Assembly (NCBI GenBank): GCA_965645245.1
Contig: OZ287072.1
Location: 496,001-560,000 of the forward strand
Source of the DNA: Massalongia carnosa
Lineage: Eukaryota
Reading direction: 5' to 3'
DNA: 64,000 nucleotides
The position numbers were made by a program, and so were the translations under genes. Positions 39,330 to 51,015 of the stretch are shown here, in pieces. A model generated the notes under the pieces. It was not told the DNA's origin. It ran no database searches and was given only the letters and a program-made list of their open reading frames with translations. Position 1 is the stretch's first letter. The number at the start of each line of letters is the position of its first letter.

Positions 39330-40928
39330 ATGGCGGCACCTATCACATCACTGCAGCCCGTCAGGCTCCCCCCCGGCCCTTCACCCATAACGCCAGAGCA
39401 AACATACTGGCGCACCTTCAAGTCTCAATTGTCCATCGCTTCACCGTCCAACAACCCTATCACTCACATCTCAAGTCCTTTAGCTCCCCTCAGCGCGCTT
39501 TCTCCAGCTTCAGATTATTTTGCCGTCACAACAGGCCCTCGAGTCCAGATTTTTTCCATCAAAGCCCGCCGGCTCGTCAAAACTATCTCGCGCTTCGACG
39601 ATGTTGCGCACGGGGCAGAGATTAGGCGTGATGGTCGCATCATGGTTGCTGGCGATGAGACGGGTGTTATGCAGGTCTTTGATGTGAACTCGAGAGCAAT
39701 ATTGAAGTCGTGGAAAGAGCACAAGCAACCGGTCTGGTGTACCAAATTTTCTCCAATCGAGCCTACCACCTTGATGAGCGCGAGCGATGACCGGACAGTC
39801 CGACTGTGGGATCTACCAAGTGAGCAAAGTACCTCCAGCTTTTTGGGGCATCAAGATTACATTAGGAGTGGGGCATTCATGCCAGGACAAGCGTCCAGTC
39901 TACTAGTTTCAGGAAGCTATGATCAGACAGTGAAGCTTTGGGATCCCAGGGCACCGGCAAAATCGGTGATGACCTTCAAGCACGCTGCGCCAATTGAAAG
40001 CGTTCTGCCCATGCCTTCTGGAACTACAATTCTAGCGGCAGCCGACAATCAAATCTCCGTGCTTGATCTGGTTGCTGCGCGGCCATTGCAGATGCTGAAA
40101 AATCATCAGAAAACAGTAACGTCATTATGTCTAGCTTCCAACCATACGAGGTTGGTAAGTGGTGGTTTAGATGGCCATCTCAAAGTTTTTGAGACCACGG
40201 GTTGGAACGTCGTCTCGGGATCCAAATATGCATCTCCGATTCTCTCCCTTGCAGTCATTGGCTCCGGCGCTGCTCGAGAAGACCGCCATCTTGCTGTGGG
40301 TATGCAATCAGGGATCCTCTCCATCAAGACACGGCTTTCTGGCCAGCAAAAAGTCAAGGAACGCGAGCGTCAAAAGGAAATGCAGGCGCTCCTCGAAGGC
40401 AAAGCCGACGAGCTAGACAAGAAGCGAGCCAAGAAGCGTCCTTCAGGCTGGGAGAAGCGCGATCGAGGCCGCGACTTTACGGGCGAAGGAGTGGACATCA
40501 TCATCGAGGGCAACCCCCGTCGACGGCATAAGCGACCAAACGCCTGGGAGGGGCTCTTGCGAAAAGGGAAATACGCAGAATCCCTCGACAACGTGCTGGA
40601 AAATGGGGACGTCACCGCCGTCGTGACGCTCCTGACCGCCCTCCGACATCGTTCGGCGCTGCGCACCGCGCTCTCTGGCCGTGACGACGTTTCGCTCAAG
40701 CCCATATTCAACTGGGTTTGCGGCCATATTGTAAATCCGCGGTATGTAGATGTCTGCGTCGACAATGGCATGCTCATTTTGGACCTGTATGCATCGCATA
40801 TGGGGGAGTCCGCCCAAATTGACGCTTTGATGGCACGCTTGCACAAGCGGGTGAGGGTAGAGGTAGAGAAGGCGCAGCAAGCGTGGCAGACCAGAGGGAT
40901 GTTGGGAATGCTGATGGATAATGATTGA
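39330..40928 (+). CDS. UTP15: U3 snoRNA-associated WD40 protein Utp15
   Basis: ITPEQTYWRTFK N-terminus, WD40 repeats (SASDDRTVRLWD, GHQDYIR, SGSYDQTVKLWD, NHQKTVTSL) and UTP15 C-terminal ALRTALSGRD...GML.ML. Confidence 0.93.
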   Translation: MAAPITSLQPVRLPPGPSPITPEQTYWRTFKSQLSIASPSNNPITHISSPLAPLSALSPASDYFAVTTGPRVQIFSIKARRLVKTISRFDDVAHGAEIRRDGRIMVAGDETGVMQVFDVNSRAILKSWKEHKQPVWCTKFSPIEPTTLMSASDDRTVRLWDLPSEQSTSSFLGHQDYIRSGAFMPGQASSLLVSGSYDQTVKLWDPRAPAKSVMTFKHAAPIESVLPMPSGTTILAAADNQISVLDLVAARPLQMLKNHQKTVTSLCLASNHTRLVSGGLDGHLKVFETTGWNVVSGSKYASPILSLAVIGSGAAREDRHLAVGMQSGILSIKTRLSGQQKVKERERQKEMQALLEGKADELDKKRAKKRPSGWEKRDRGRDFTGEGVDIIIEGNPRRRHKRPNAWEGLLRKGKYAESLDNVLENGDVTAVVTLLTALRHRSALRTALSGRDDVSLKPIFNWVCGHIVNPRYVDVCVDNGMLILDLYASHMGESAQIDALMARLHKRVRVEVEKAQQAWQTRGMLGMLMDND

Positions 40929-41151
40929 AGGTGCGATGTTGCTTGGCCATGGCGATGTAGCGAGGATGGTTTTCACTGTGGAGGAATGTTACGATGTGCG
41001 AGACCAGCCATGGCGAATCCGAGAAGGCACGTCCATGCTCCCATGATTTCGACAATAAAGCACCTGTCGACTCTAGCTATAGGACCAGCGCCTATCACTA
41101 CCGCAGCTGGACCTAACCACATATCTCCACTTCTAGCTATACAACAATTCC

Positions 41152-41251
41152 CCATCACCATCACCATCACCATCACCATCACCATCACCATCACCATCAC
41201 CATCACCATCACCATCACCATCACCATCACCATCACCATCACCATCACCAT
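41152..41251. repeat. perfect (CCATCA)n hexanucleotide microsatellite, ~16.5 units
   Basis: Read directly from the sequence; lies downstream of UTP15. Confidence 0.97.
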
Positions 41252-43392
41252 AGCGTTCACCCATGTCCTCCCCAGAACCCCAACATCAAACCGAAGCTAT
41301 TTCAGGAAAAAGAAACATCACCTCGCCCGATACCAACTAGCTCATAGTCCCTATCATCACCGACAAACAAGCCATATATCCGCTGAAAACCCGACTTGCC
41401 ACCATACATCTCCCCATCCTCGCGCCATTTACCAGAAGTTTGGTATCAAGACATGAAAATGGGGGAGTGGGGACAACGAAAAGCGATAACGGCGAGCTGA
41501 AGAACGAGAGCGGGAATGGGGCGGGAATGGGGCGGGAATGGGGCGGGAATGAAATGGGTAGATTGTGGGAGGGGGAAATCAGGGATGCCGAGGACGGTAG
41601 GGACGTTAGGATAAGGCGGGTTGGGTGGAGGACAGTTGAAAACGGCCGTTTGTATGTGTATACATAAGCACGCGAGAGAAGGGTTGGGGGGGGGTTGAGA
41701 GGGAATCCAGGGGCTATGAAATAAAGTAGAATGGGAATTTCTCCCTCTCCTCTCCTTTTGGTCCAAATCCCGACCGCCTCATCCTCTCTCCCCGGTTCAC
41801 GAAAAAACATACCCATTTCATTCATCTCACACTGACCCAAACCACACAGCTGATAGTAGTAGTAAAGCCGCATGAAACACGTCCAATCTCCCATCTCATA
41901 TCCCGTAAAAGAAAATAAAACCTCCCTCCCTCCCTCCCTCCCTCCCTCCCTCTCTCCCTCCTTCCTTCCCTTCTTCGCCGAGCATTTCCCTCCCATCAAC
42001 CCAGTTTTCGATGACGATACGCTCCCCTGTTCCAGAAACCCTTGGTTGTTGTTCCTGATCGATGTATGCATATATGTTTTATGTATGTATGTATACCATC
42101 CCCTCCTCTCCACTTTCCCCCTTTCCCTTACATGTTCAGCGACGACGAGGGATTTGAAAAATGGTTGGAAATACATAGATAGGTATGTTATGGTGATGAA
42201 ATGAATTTTGATTGTTTACACGGGGCGATTCTATACTGCGTATACTGATTCAAAGCTCCCAGTTAGTTGACACTTTCCGCGAAGAGACTCACTGAAATGT
42301 TTATCTTGGTTTTTGTTTTTGTTTTAAATGGAAGGGAGATAAATGTAGATAGATAAAGGGTGGTAAATTCTTTCGTTCTTTCAAGCCATTGGTGGATCTA
42401 GGAGGGGAGTTAACGGTATGAACGGATGTTTTTGGATTGGAGTGGTTTCAAAGGCAAGGGACCAAACCCCTTTTTTCCCGAGGATAGACCAAGGTGTTTT
42501 GCAGAATGTGTCTGCGGCGGACGGTAGGTAGGTGGTTTGGGGAACGAGGGCAGAGCATAGCAGAGCGCCTTCTTCCGTTTCTTTCCGTGGGGAGGTGAAG
42601 GGACAGGAAGAGTTTGGTCAGTCCTAATGATTGAAGGATGTTAGGCGTTCCTTTCAATTCTTTGGTTCGCAAATACACAGTCCTCCATTCTTCTTTCCAC
42701 ATGCTAGTTAACTGTTCCCTTTGCCACTCGAACGCAATCCTATCTTCAGTATCTCAAGCAATTTTCCAATCGAAAAGCTTTCCGGTCTATGAAGCATCAC
42801 TACATACTTTTGTCCATAGGGCGAATCAGCCACAAAAGAACCCGTACCGACTATGTAGTCCATCAACACTACATCGAAGGAAGGACTTACAGAAATCGAA
42901 AACTCGAGAAACGTGAACGGGTGAGATTCCCGTTCGTCTACCGGTTACTTGTTGTGGAGCAGACTAGGATGGAGATACTAGTTGAAAGCGATCCTCGGGT
43001 TACCAGAGCGCTGGATATAGACGGTTTACAAAAGGTTGGACATGTGATTTTGATGCTGTGATGTGGTTAGATGCTCACTATCTTGATAGTTTTGGCACGT
43101 GCTGTTAGGGAGATAGTTGCGAATTTTTCCTTGGGAGACCTTATGTCTTGTAGGTTATAAGAAGGCTTCCCCTTTTCCCTGCCTGCTTCTAACCATTGCT
43201 CTTTTGTAGAGTTGTCAATTTATCTTGAACATATTTTTACAGACCTCCATTCCTTTTTCATTCGAACGATATGTACCTCAATACTTAGGCATACTAATCA
43301 AGTCATCCAATCATTTTGCATCATCACGGTATATCCTTTGAGCATCCGAGATCCAGAACTAGGCTAATGGACACGACAAGACCTAGGACAAT

Positions 43393-43971
43393 ATGCAGCT
43401 CTTTCCCTACGTTTGCCTCTTGCTGCTTGGCTTGACTGCCAAAGCAGTGCCGATTCCTGACTGCGCCGCGGGAGACCAAAGTAACCTAAGTTCGCATGGA
43501 TGGGCGGATCCTCTTTATTCTAGCGGCTGTAAACTAATCACATGGTCGGAAAATGCACATAGCAACTCCAAGTTGGAAATTTATGCCGATGCCACCCACG
43601 GTCATCAGCGCGAACGTTATTACCCCAATCATGACGACAACATAATGCCATCTAAGCGTAGTCTTGGGCAGTGGTGGCCAGTTAGATCGCTTGGAAGGTG
43701 GATTGAAGAACAGCTTCAAGCTAACCATGGATCAAAAGCAGCCCCTACTCCTGCGTGCGGCTCTGGTGGCTGGCGTACATTGGAAAGACGCCGAGGACCT
43801 TCAACAAAATCATTGTGGGCTGGAAATAGCAAAGAAGAGTTTGAGACTTGGGAAAAAAGTCGCAGCAACCATACGAAATCGACAGCTAGGAAAGATGCCC
43901 ATCACCAACATCATCACATCGATCAGGATGATAAGAATTTAAAGCGCAGCCTCTTTAGGTGGTGGCGCTGA
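43393..43971 (+). CDS. secreted protein or putative Kex2-processed peptide precursor (192 aa)
   Basis: Signal peptide MQLFPYVCLLLLGLTAKA-VP, dibasic KR/RR sites and a repeated KR-SLxxWW motif. A TATA-like TTATAAGAA lies at ~43156. Confidence 0.7.
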   Translation: MQLFPYVCLLLLGLTAKAVPIPDCAAGDQSNLSSHGWADPLYSSGCKLITWSENAHSNSKLEIYADATHGHQRERYYPNHDDNIMPSKRSLGQWWPVRSLGRWIEEQLQANHGSKAAPTPACGSGGWRTLERRRGPSTKSLWAGNSKEEFETWEKSRSNHTKSTARKDAHHQHHHIDQDDKNLKRSLFRWWR

Positions 43972-44841
43972 AGGCTGGGAAATCCTCCCTCACTATTATT
44001 TTCATTCACCTTTGTGCCTCCCACTTTTTCTTTAGTCCAGCAATCCAGGAATTTGTAGGATATGCAATCAAGAACGAAGAATCAATGAACAAACTTGCCT
44101 GGTGTAATTAGCTTACATATCTGTCGATTCAAAATTTCAATCAACACTAGACGGTTTTAGTTTATAAGCTCCATGAGATTGATACTGACAGAAAGGAAAT
44201 GTTATCAAAGTTTTTTCCATGATAATGACCAAGATAACCAGGCGTAGAAGAGAAAGACCTTGATGGGCATTGCCAGATTCAATTCGGCTGATACAGACAA
44301 GGCTAGAAGGAAATGAAAACCCAGTTAACTAATCCTAGAATCCTAGAGATTCAGAAAATAGGAAAGGGCGGCGCCTGTCTCAATGTGTGCGCCTACCCAC
44401 TACGAGACACTGAGGTCAACGCGATTGGATGACGTAGTGTTTCTTACATGCAGGAATTCCTAGACAACAGGGAACGATGTTGCCCATATTATTCTAGAGG
44501 AGACCCATTGTCAGGTGTCCACTGTCGGCACAATTTTGACGGCTAAGGACACGCACACTTAAAATGGAAAGGGGAAGGCTGTGTTTTCCTGCGGACTAAA
44601 AACAACGGCAAGATGAAGTGACGTGCCCACAACTGTTCAAGATTGGAAACATGACGAGATACCCATTACCACCACCAACAAGATCAGCAAGGACACTCAC
44701 ATTTAAAAGGTGGCTTGCAGAGCTGATCCAAAGAGTCACCCAAGAAATCCAATGATCATATCGAAAGGGGGTTTAAGGAGGCAAAGGGCCATATAGCGCA
44801 TTCAACCAAACGAGCTACAAAGCAGGAGTTAAAAGCTGCTA

Positions 44842-46797
44842 ATCGTGCGTGCGTGCCACACCAACCAGTAATCGTTTTCGCTTACTAGTGCCCAACGGCT
44901 CAAAGACCAAAACGGTTCAAAGACCAAATTAACTATGCATGTTCAATTTGACTACGAAAAGCCTTCCACCATTTGGTCCTTTCAACCTCCCATTTTTTAC
45001 GTGCTCGGAGGAAGGTCTTGGCCTCACGAAACAGTCCTTTCCAGAGCTTCATTTCGGCGTTGTCGATGACCTGTTGTTTTTTCAACGCGGCCGCTTTAGC
45101 TCGGTCCAAGGCCTTCTGTGCCTTTTCCACCTCATCTTCATTTCGTTTGGTGACTTTAGCACGTACGTCTCGAACGGTGATGACCCCACCTGACTGAGCA
45201 ACAGTTCCAGCAAGCTTTTTACGCGCCGCCTTAGCAATTGAGGCTTTAGCTGAGGTCAATAAGTCCCTTTCGGCCAACTGCTGAGCATGAGCGCTGGCCA
45301 TAGCACCTTTGAAAAAGCGATCGACATGCAATTTATAATCTCCGCCGACAGCATCATTTGTCTGCATGCTTCTTTGACGTTTAGTGCCAAAGATGATGAC
45401 CTCAGTGGAAGTGCGAGGTGTTCTGGCCAATAATGGGGCCGATGGTGGGGGTGGAGGGGTAGTTGGCCTTTGACGAATTTGCGCCTCGATTTTCGAAATG
45501 ACCACATTTGGATTATAAGGCACTAGTCCTGTGTTCCTGAATGCAGCTAAAATCGTCGATTTGGTGAATGTTTTGAAGCGCATATCCTGAACAATCGACA
45601 AAAAGTCAATCTTGCTGAACTCCCCTGCTCCGGCACGAATAGCCTCATCAATGGCCTCAGCATGGTAATGTTTGAACGGCCGAAAGCATCCAACGTCCAG
45701 TGGTTGGGTCAGATGAGTTGAATGAGCAGGTAATCTGAATAATTCGATGTGCTTGCTCTGTGCATACTCGAAAAATTCATACGTCATATGAGATCCATAT
45801 CCGTCCAAAATCAACAACCTCCATGCACCAATTTGCCCTTTTGCACTATGTTTATCAAAATGTCTCAACCAGTCAATAGCGAGGTCATCATTTGAATAAC
45901 CCGTTGGACTGACGGCGAAAAGAATGTCATCATCCAAATCATTCTCCAGGGCCCATTTCTCCTTGATTTGTACGCCAGGAAGTATGATCATGGGGGGAAT
46001 ATCCCTCCCTCCACCACTAATACTCTCCACCGAGGTGATGTAGTCTCTGTTGTCTGGATCCGTCATCAAAAGAGGCTTATGGGAATGAGTCGAAATCACC
46101 CAATGAGCTCTTCCACAGCCAATTCGAAAGCCCGTTTCATCCATGTTCCAAGTGTCCTCGTCCACGATTCCTCTCAACTCTCAAAGGGCCTTGTACTGCT
46201 GAAAATACTTCATCATACTTTCCGAATCGTGCGATTGTTTAGGCTCAACAGCAAGAGGTTTTTGTTTACGTTTGAAGTACTCCGGATGACGTTTTAAAAA
46301 TCGTCTGGTCCACATGGCGCTTACGATAGGAAGTGGAGTGTCGGTATAATCACGATCTGTTTGTCCAACTAATGCTCGACCGAGCAGATAATTAGCAGCT
46401 CCACGAACCATCGAGAGCTTAGCTGATTGTTCCATATGATCCAATCGCTCAATGTAAGCACAAATAGCCCTTTCTTGTGCATCCGTAAGTGCTTTGTTGC
46501 TTGGTGAACGAGTTGATTTAGAAGCCCCTCCATTAAGCCTTCGACGAAGTGTCCTCGAATCGACGTGAAATTCTCGAGCAACAGCGCTGGCACTAGAATA
46601 ATCACCATTGTTATACGCGCTGATGGCCTCATCAAGACGATTTTCAGAGTCCCAGAACGAATCAGTCATGGTGGTGTGGAATAGGCACGCGTTTGGTGAA
46701 GGATGAAATAAATAGTTAATTTGGTCTTTGAACCGGTTTGGACTGTGAGCCGTTGGGCACTAGTAAGCGAAAACGATTACTGGTGGTGTGGCACGAT
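44842..46797 (-). mobile_element. Fot1/pogo-family DNA transposon, full length with TIRs and TA target duplication
   Basis: Inverted repeats at 44842-44936 and 46712-46797 contain two AAC(C)GG(C/T)TCA(A/C)AG(A/T)CCAA direct repeats. They are flanked by TA at 44840-44841 and 46798-46799 and enclose a transposase. Confidence 0.93.
44933..46669 (-). pseudogene. Fot1-type DDD transposase with one in-frame stop
   Basis: HTH_psq-like AVAREFHVDSRTLRRR, CENP-B HTH WTRRFLKRHP, and triad WNMDETG / LILDGYGSH / QPLDVG. The two ORFs share one frame (579 codons), interrupted only by TGA at 46183-46181. Confidence 0.92.
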
Positions 46798-47950
46798 TAG
46801 GAATAATTTCACAAACGCACCACCTTCCAGAAGCTAATGCGACTATGAGTCCTGTTCGTGTTCATTCATGGCCTGTTGAATGTCGAACTGGATATCGGGC
46901 ACCAATTGAATGAAGGTGGGGGGACCAAAGATCAAGGATATTGGAGAATTCGGCCAAGAAATTCACGATCCTAGTAAGGAGGTGAAAGGTATCATCAGTC
47001 AAAGCCACACGGCGACAATAGGCACGGGCTTCCTCACGCTTAACTAACACCCTCAGAGGGGTTAGGCAACAAACTGTTTCCAAGTGACTGAAGATCTACC
47101 CTGCTCTATTGCCATCGCCGCCGTATTTTATCCTTGGAACCCCCATCGCTCTTAGTAAAAATGGCGGGCAAATTAGGGACCATCGTTTAGCCTATCGCGC
47201 AAGCCACTCAATCCCAGTGGCTCCTCAGTCCTTCATAACGCCTTTTTCTATGCGTAGAGTTGCTTGCCAATTAACCAAATTATGTTTTTGGATTAGTTTT
47301 ATATACGGAGTAATCGTTTTTTGCTTACTAAAATCGATTACTGATGGTGTGACACGATTACTCATGCCATGGTAATATTTTAGTTTCGTTTCGAGCCATC
47401 ATTGTTTAAGAGGGCCATAACCTGCCTCGATGTAGGTATCCTATCCGTCGTACGGAATAGAGAGGGGGTGCGTGGTTGGTCTTCAACTGCAGAGAACGAC
47501 GCATTAATACTCCGTAAATAAAGGTCGCGCCAGTCGTTCATACCCATTTCGTACTCTAGAAGTGCACCGGTTTTTTAATACGCTAACCCGAATACAAAAA
47601 CCGAGCACTTCCAGGTGACATGATTATGTTGTACTCCGTATGATTTGTGGTAAAGATGGCGAAAACTAGGTAACATTCCCCATCTGAGTCATAAATCGAT
47701 CACGATTTTTCGATACAGGGTTGCGCGAAGGAAAACATGCAACCATACAGTCACACTAGCGTGTAATCACCACATTTCGAAACATACGGGGCCCCTTAAA
47801 GTTCCAAGGCCTTCTAGCTCCACCTCCAATGAAACGCTCTCCTCGCTGGCGCGGTTGCATAAGCTTGATTTACCTTTCAGCTCATATTTTAAACGTCATC
47901 ATATTCATTTCCGCCTTCGTTGCAACCTAGGACTCCCCTACTCAAGGAAT

Positions 47951-50900
47951 ATGGGCAGCTATTTGTTCAAGTGGTATGTTCCGTGTCGCAACACATGGCA
48001 TAGCGGCTGAGTGAATGCGCGACGTAAACATACCAGGCGCTTTAGTGGATGACTGCTTACACATCTTGCTCAACCTAGGGACCATCCAGCTAACGAAGTA
48101 TATGTGAGCGGTTCTTTCGACGACTGGTCGAGCAGTGTCAGGTTGGAAAAGACACCCAAGGGGCATTTCGAGAAGCTGGTGGAGCTGCCTCGAGTCGAGA
48201 AAATATCTTACAAGGTAGGTTGGCTGCGATTGCGAACGTGTTGCTTTCTCTGAGCTTGGTGCTTCGGGTGACGGTGAAGTCTCAAAAAGAGGCTCAACTC
48301 AACCCAAAGCGATGAATGAGCTCAAGAGCCGAAAAGCCGAAGAGCCGAAGAAGCAAAGAGGCAGGACGTTTCGTGAAACCTCCTTCTTGGCCACTGCTTT
48401 GTTCCGCATGCCAAGCCTGCTTCACCTCATCCAGGACCCCTCTCCCCTCTCTCCCTCCTCCCCTCCTTTGTTTGTATTCTGTACTCTGTACTCCGTATCA
48501 CTTCGGTGTTCCTCGTACCAGGTTTGACTTTTACGCCTTTCCTCTTCGAGCCTGGTGCCTAGCTACCTCGCAACCTCACCTCCTCTTCACATTTCCTTCC
48601 TTTCCTCCATCTTCTTACTCTCGAACTGAGTTCCTGGTAACTCGATTTTACCTTGATGATCCACACCGTCACATTTACCGTTTTCATTTCACCACACTGA
48701 AAACTAACTTCTCAAACCATTAGTTTGTTGTCGACGGTGAGTGGATTACCGACGACGCTGCACCTCAAGAAAGAGACGGTGCAAGCAACATCAACAACGT
48801 CCTTACACTCAAACACTTTGCATCAAGTTCTTCCTCCTCTATCCCGTCAGAGTTTGACATAATGTCGAACGTCACGCCTCAATCTACCACCGCGAATCTA
48901 GCAGCGAATGTTCCTAAAGAGTCATCGAGAGCTCAGAATCCAGGTTCCTCCACGATACCTGGAGCCGGGTTACCCGGAGCATTTCCCCAAACTCCTGCAA
49001 ACGAGGCGCCTGGATTCTCGGTTGGTCCGGAAGGTCAAAATTCTCCCTCCATTGAGCCGCCTGGGGCTTTCCCTGAAACGCCTGCAAATGAGGCAACCAG
49101 GTTTTCCGTTGACCCAATACCAGCGACTGCTGGTGTGGGGAATCCTATAAACTTACGCCCAGGCGAGAAGGTACCTGATCCGAGTACCCTCACCTCAAAT
49201 ACCATCTCCTCTACTGTACATGACGATCATTCTCTTGCAACAACCGCTCAAGACTTGCCCAAAGCGTTTGGTGTATCCCCTCTCCCCGCAACTTCGGGCA
49301 TCGGAAACCCCATTCAGACAAAACCTGGCGAAAATTTACCTGAACCAAGCACCTACACTCGGAATACCATCAACTCCGCTGTTACAACAGATAAGGAGTC
49401 GTATGAACGCAGCTCAGGTCCACCACAACTACCCGATGTTGTGACACCTCAAACTGAGCGTGACGCCAACGGTGGAATGTTCAATTTGCCCGGAATAACC
49501 GGAAACATGATTCCAGAATCAAGCCTGCCGCTTGGGTTTGGCAATTCATCCGAGCCGGACCCTGGTGTCACGATTCAGTCTGCCGGGGCAAACTCATCTA
49601 CAGCTGCTCTTGCAGGGCAGGTACCCTTGCAGCCAAGAAGCGTACGTAGAGGCGAAGGTCCCTCTGAGCAAAGCTCTGATCCTACAATCCAATCAGCCGG
49701 AGAAAATTCGTCCACAGCTGCCCTTGCAGGACAAGTACCGCTAGAGCCGCGGAATACACCGAAGGATGCCAACTGGACCAGGCAGGGCGTTGATCCTACA
49801 ATCCAGTCAGTCGGTGCGAACTCGACGACGGCCGATCTAGCGGGGAAGGTGTCTTTGGAGCCAAGGAGCATGCCCAAAGGTCATGGTTCTTCTAGTCAAG
49901 GCTCCGATCCCACGATTCAATCTGTTGGGGCAAACTCAACTACAGCTGATTTAGCTGGGCAGGTGCCGTTAGAGCCGAGAAGTGTGCGCAGAGGCGAGGT
50001 TTCATCTGAGCAGGGTTCTAGTCCCATCATCCAGTCAGCGGGAGCGAAATCGACCACGGCAGGTCTAGCAGGAGATGTGCCTTTGCAGCCGAGAGGTGTG
50101 CCAGACGTCGTCCAAAATAGCCAGCATGAAGCAGGTTTCCCACCAGAAGCGAGCGCAAACGCTGAAGCCGTCAGGGAAAAGACCGAGGTGGAGAAAGAGC
50201 TTGAGAGTAAGGTTGCGGAGGAGCCTGCTGCATCCGAGGGCATTGGTGGACAGTCCACCAATAGCAATGTGGGAATCGGTTCCGCTGGAAAATCAACAGC
50301 AGGGACAACGTCTCTGCCATCCCGCGGCCTACCCACCTCGATTCAGCAGTCGATTGATGAAATCAATACGAATTCTAGAGGCACCGCCATCGCCCCAACA
50401 GTACCCGACGTGGTTCAAAAGTCAATAACAGCTTCACACCAATCCCCGGAGGCAGCAGCAAGCAGGATTGTGGTAGATGAAAAGTATACGTTTGAGAGGG
50501 AATTACTGCAAGAAGTCAAGCCCACCAATGCGGTTGGAGAACCAGCACCTTCGTCAAGCGCGGCGTTAACGGACTCTGCTCCCAGTTCCACCAACGTTGT
50601 TGGAAAGTCGGCACTCTCATCGAATGGGGCGTTAACCGGCTCCATTCCTAATGCTACCAATATCACGGCTACTGGAGCACCCACGGTAGCAACGCCTCCA
50701 ACCAGAGCGTTGGAGCCGGAGGCTCATCACACGAGTAGACTTGACTCTCGAGACATATCGCCCATGTCTCGTCCGATAAACCCGACACAAGATCAGCCTA
50801 CCATCACCACCGGCGTAGGCTCCAGCACAGCTCCAAAGATCTCCCAACCAGCACCTTCCACACAGCAGCCGGTACCTTCAGCGTCCTCATCACCAAAGTC

Positions 50901-51015
50901 TGTTCAGACCACGACAACAACAGCGAGCGCATCTACGGATAAGAAATCCAAGAGAGCGAGCGGGTTTTTTGGAAAGTTGAAGCAGAAATTTAGTGATAAG
51001 AAATCAGCCTCGTAA
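47951..51015 (+). CDS. CBM48/AMPK1_CBM-domain protein (Crp1/Mdg1-like) with internal repeats
   Basis: Exons 47951-47973, 48079-48214 and 48724-51015 give MGSYLFKWDHPANEVYVSGSFDDW...ISYKFVVDGEW...NINNVL. This is followed by PGAFPETP, GNPI and TIQSAGANSSTAALAGQVPLEPR repeats and a C-terminal GFFGKLKQKF. Confidence 0.85.

Noticed and set aside
40973..41456. ORFs with (MV)n or (IT)n tracts
   Set aside because: Artefacts of the (CCATCA)n microsatellite.
43393..43971. Alpha-factor-type mating pheromone precursor
   Set aside because: Lacks near-identical repeats, the two-Cys WCxxxGQxC-type core and Ste13 XA/XP dipeptide runs.
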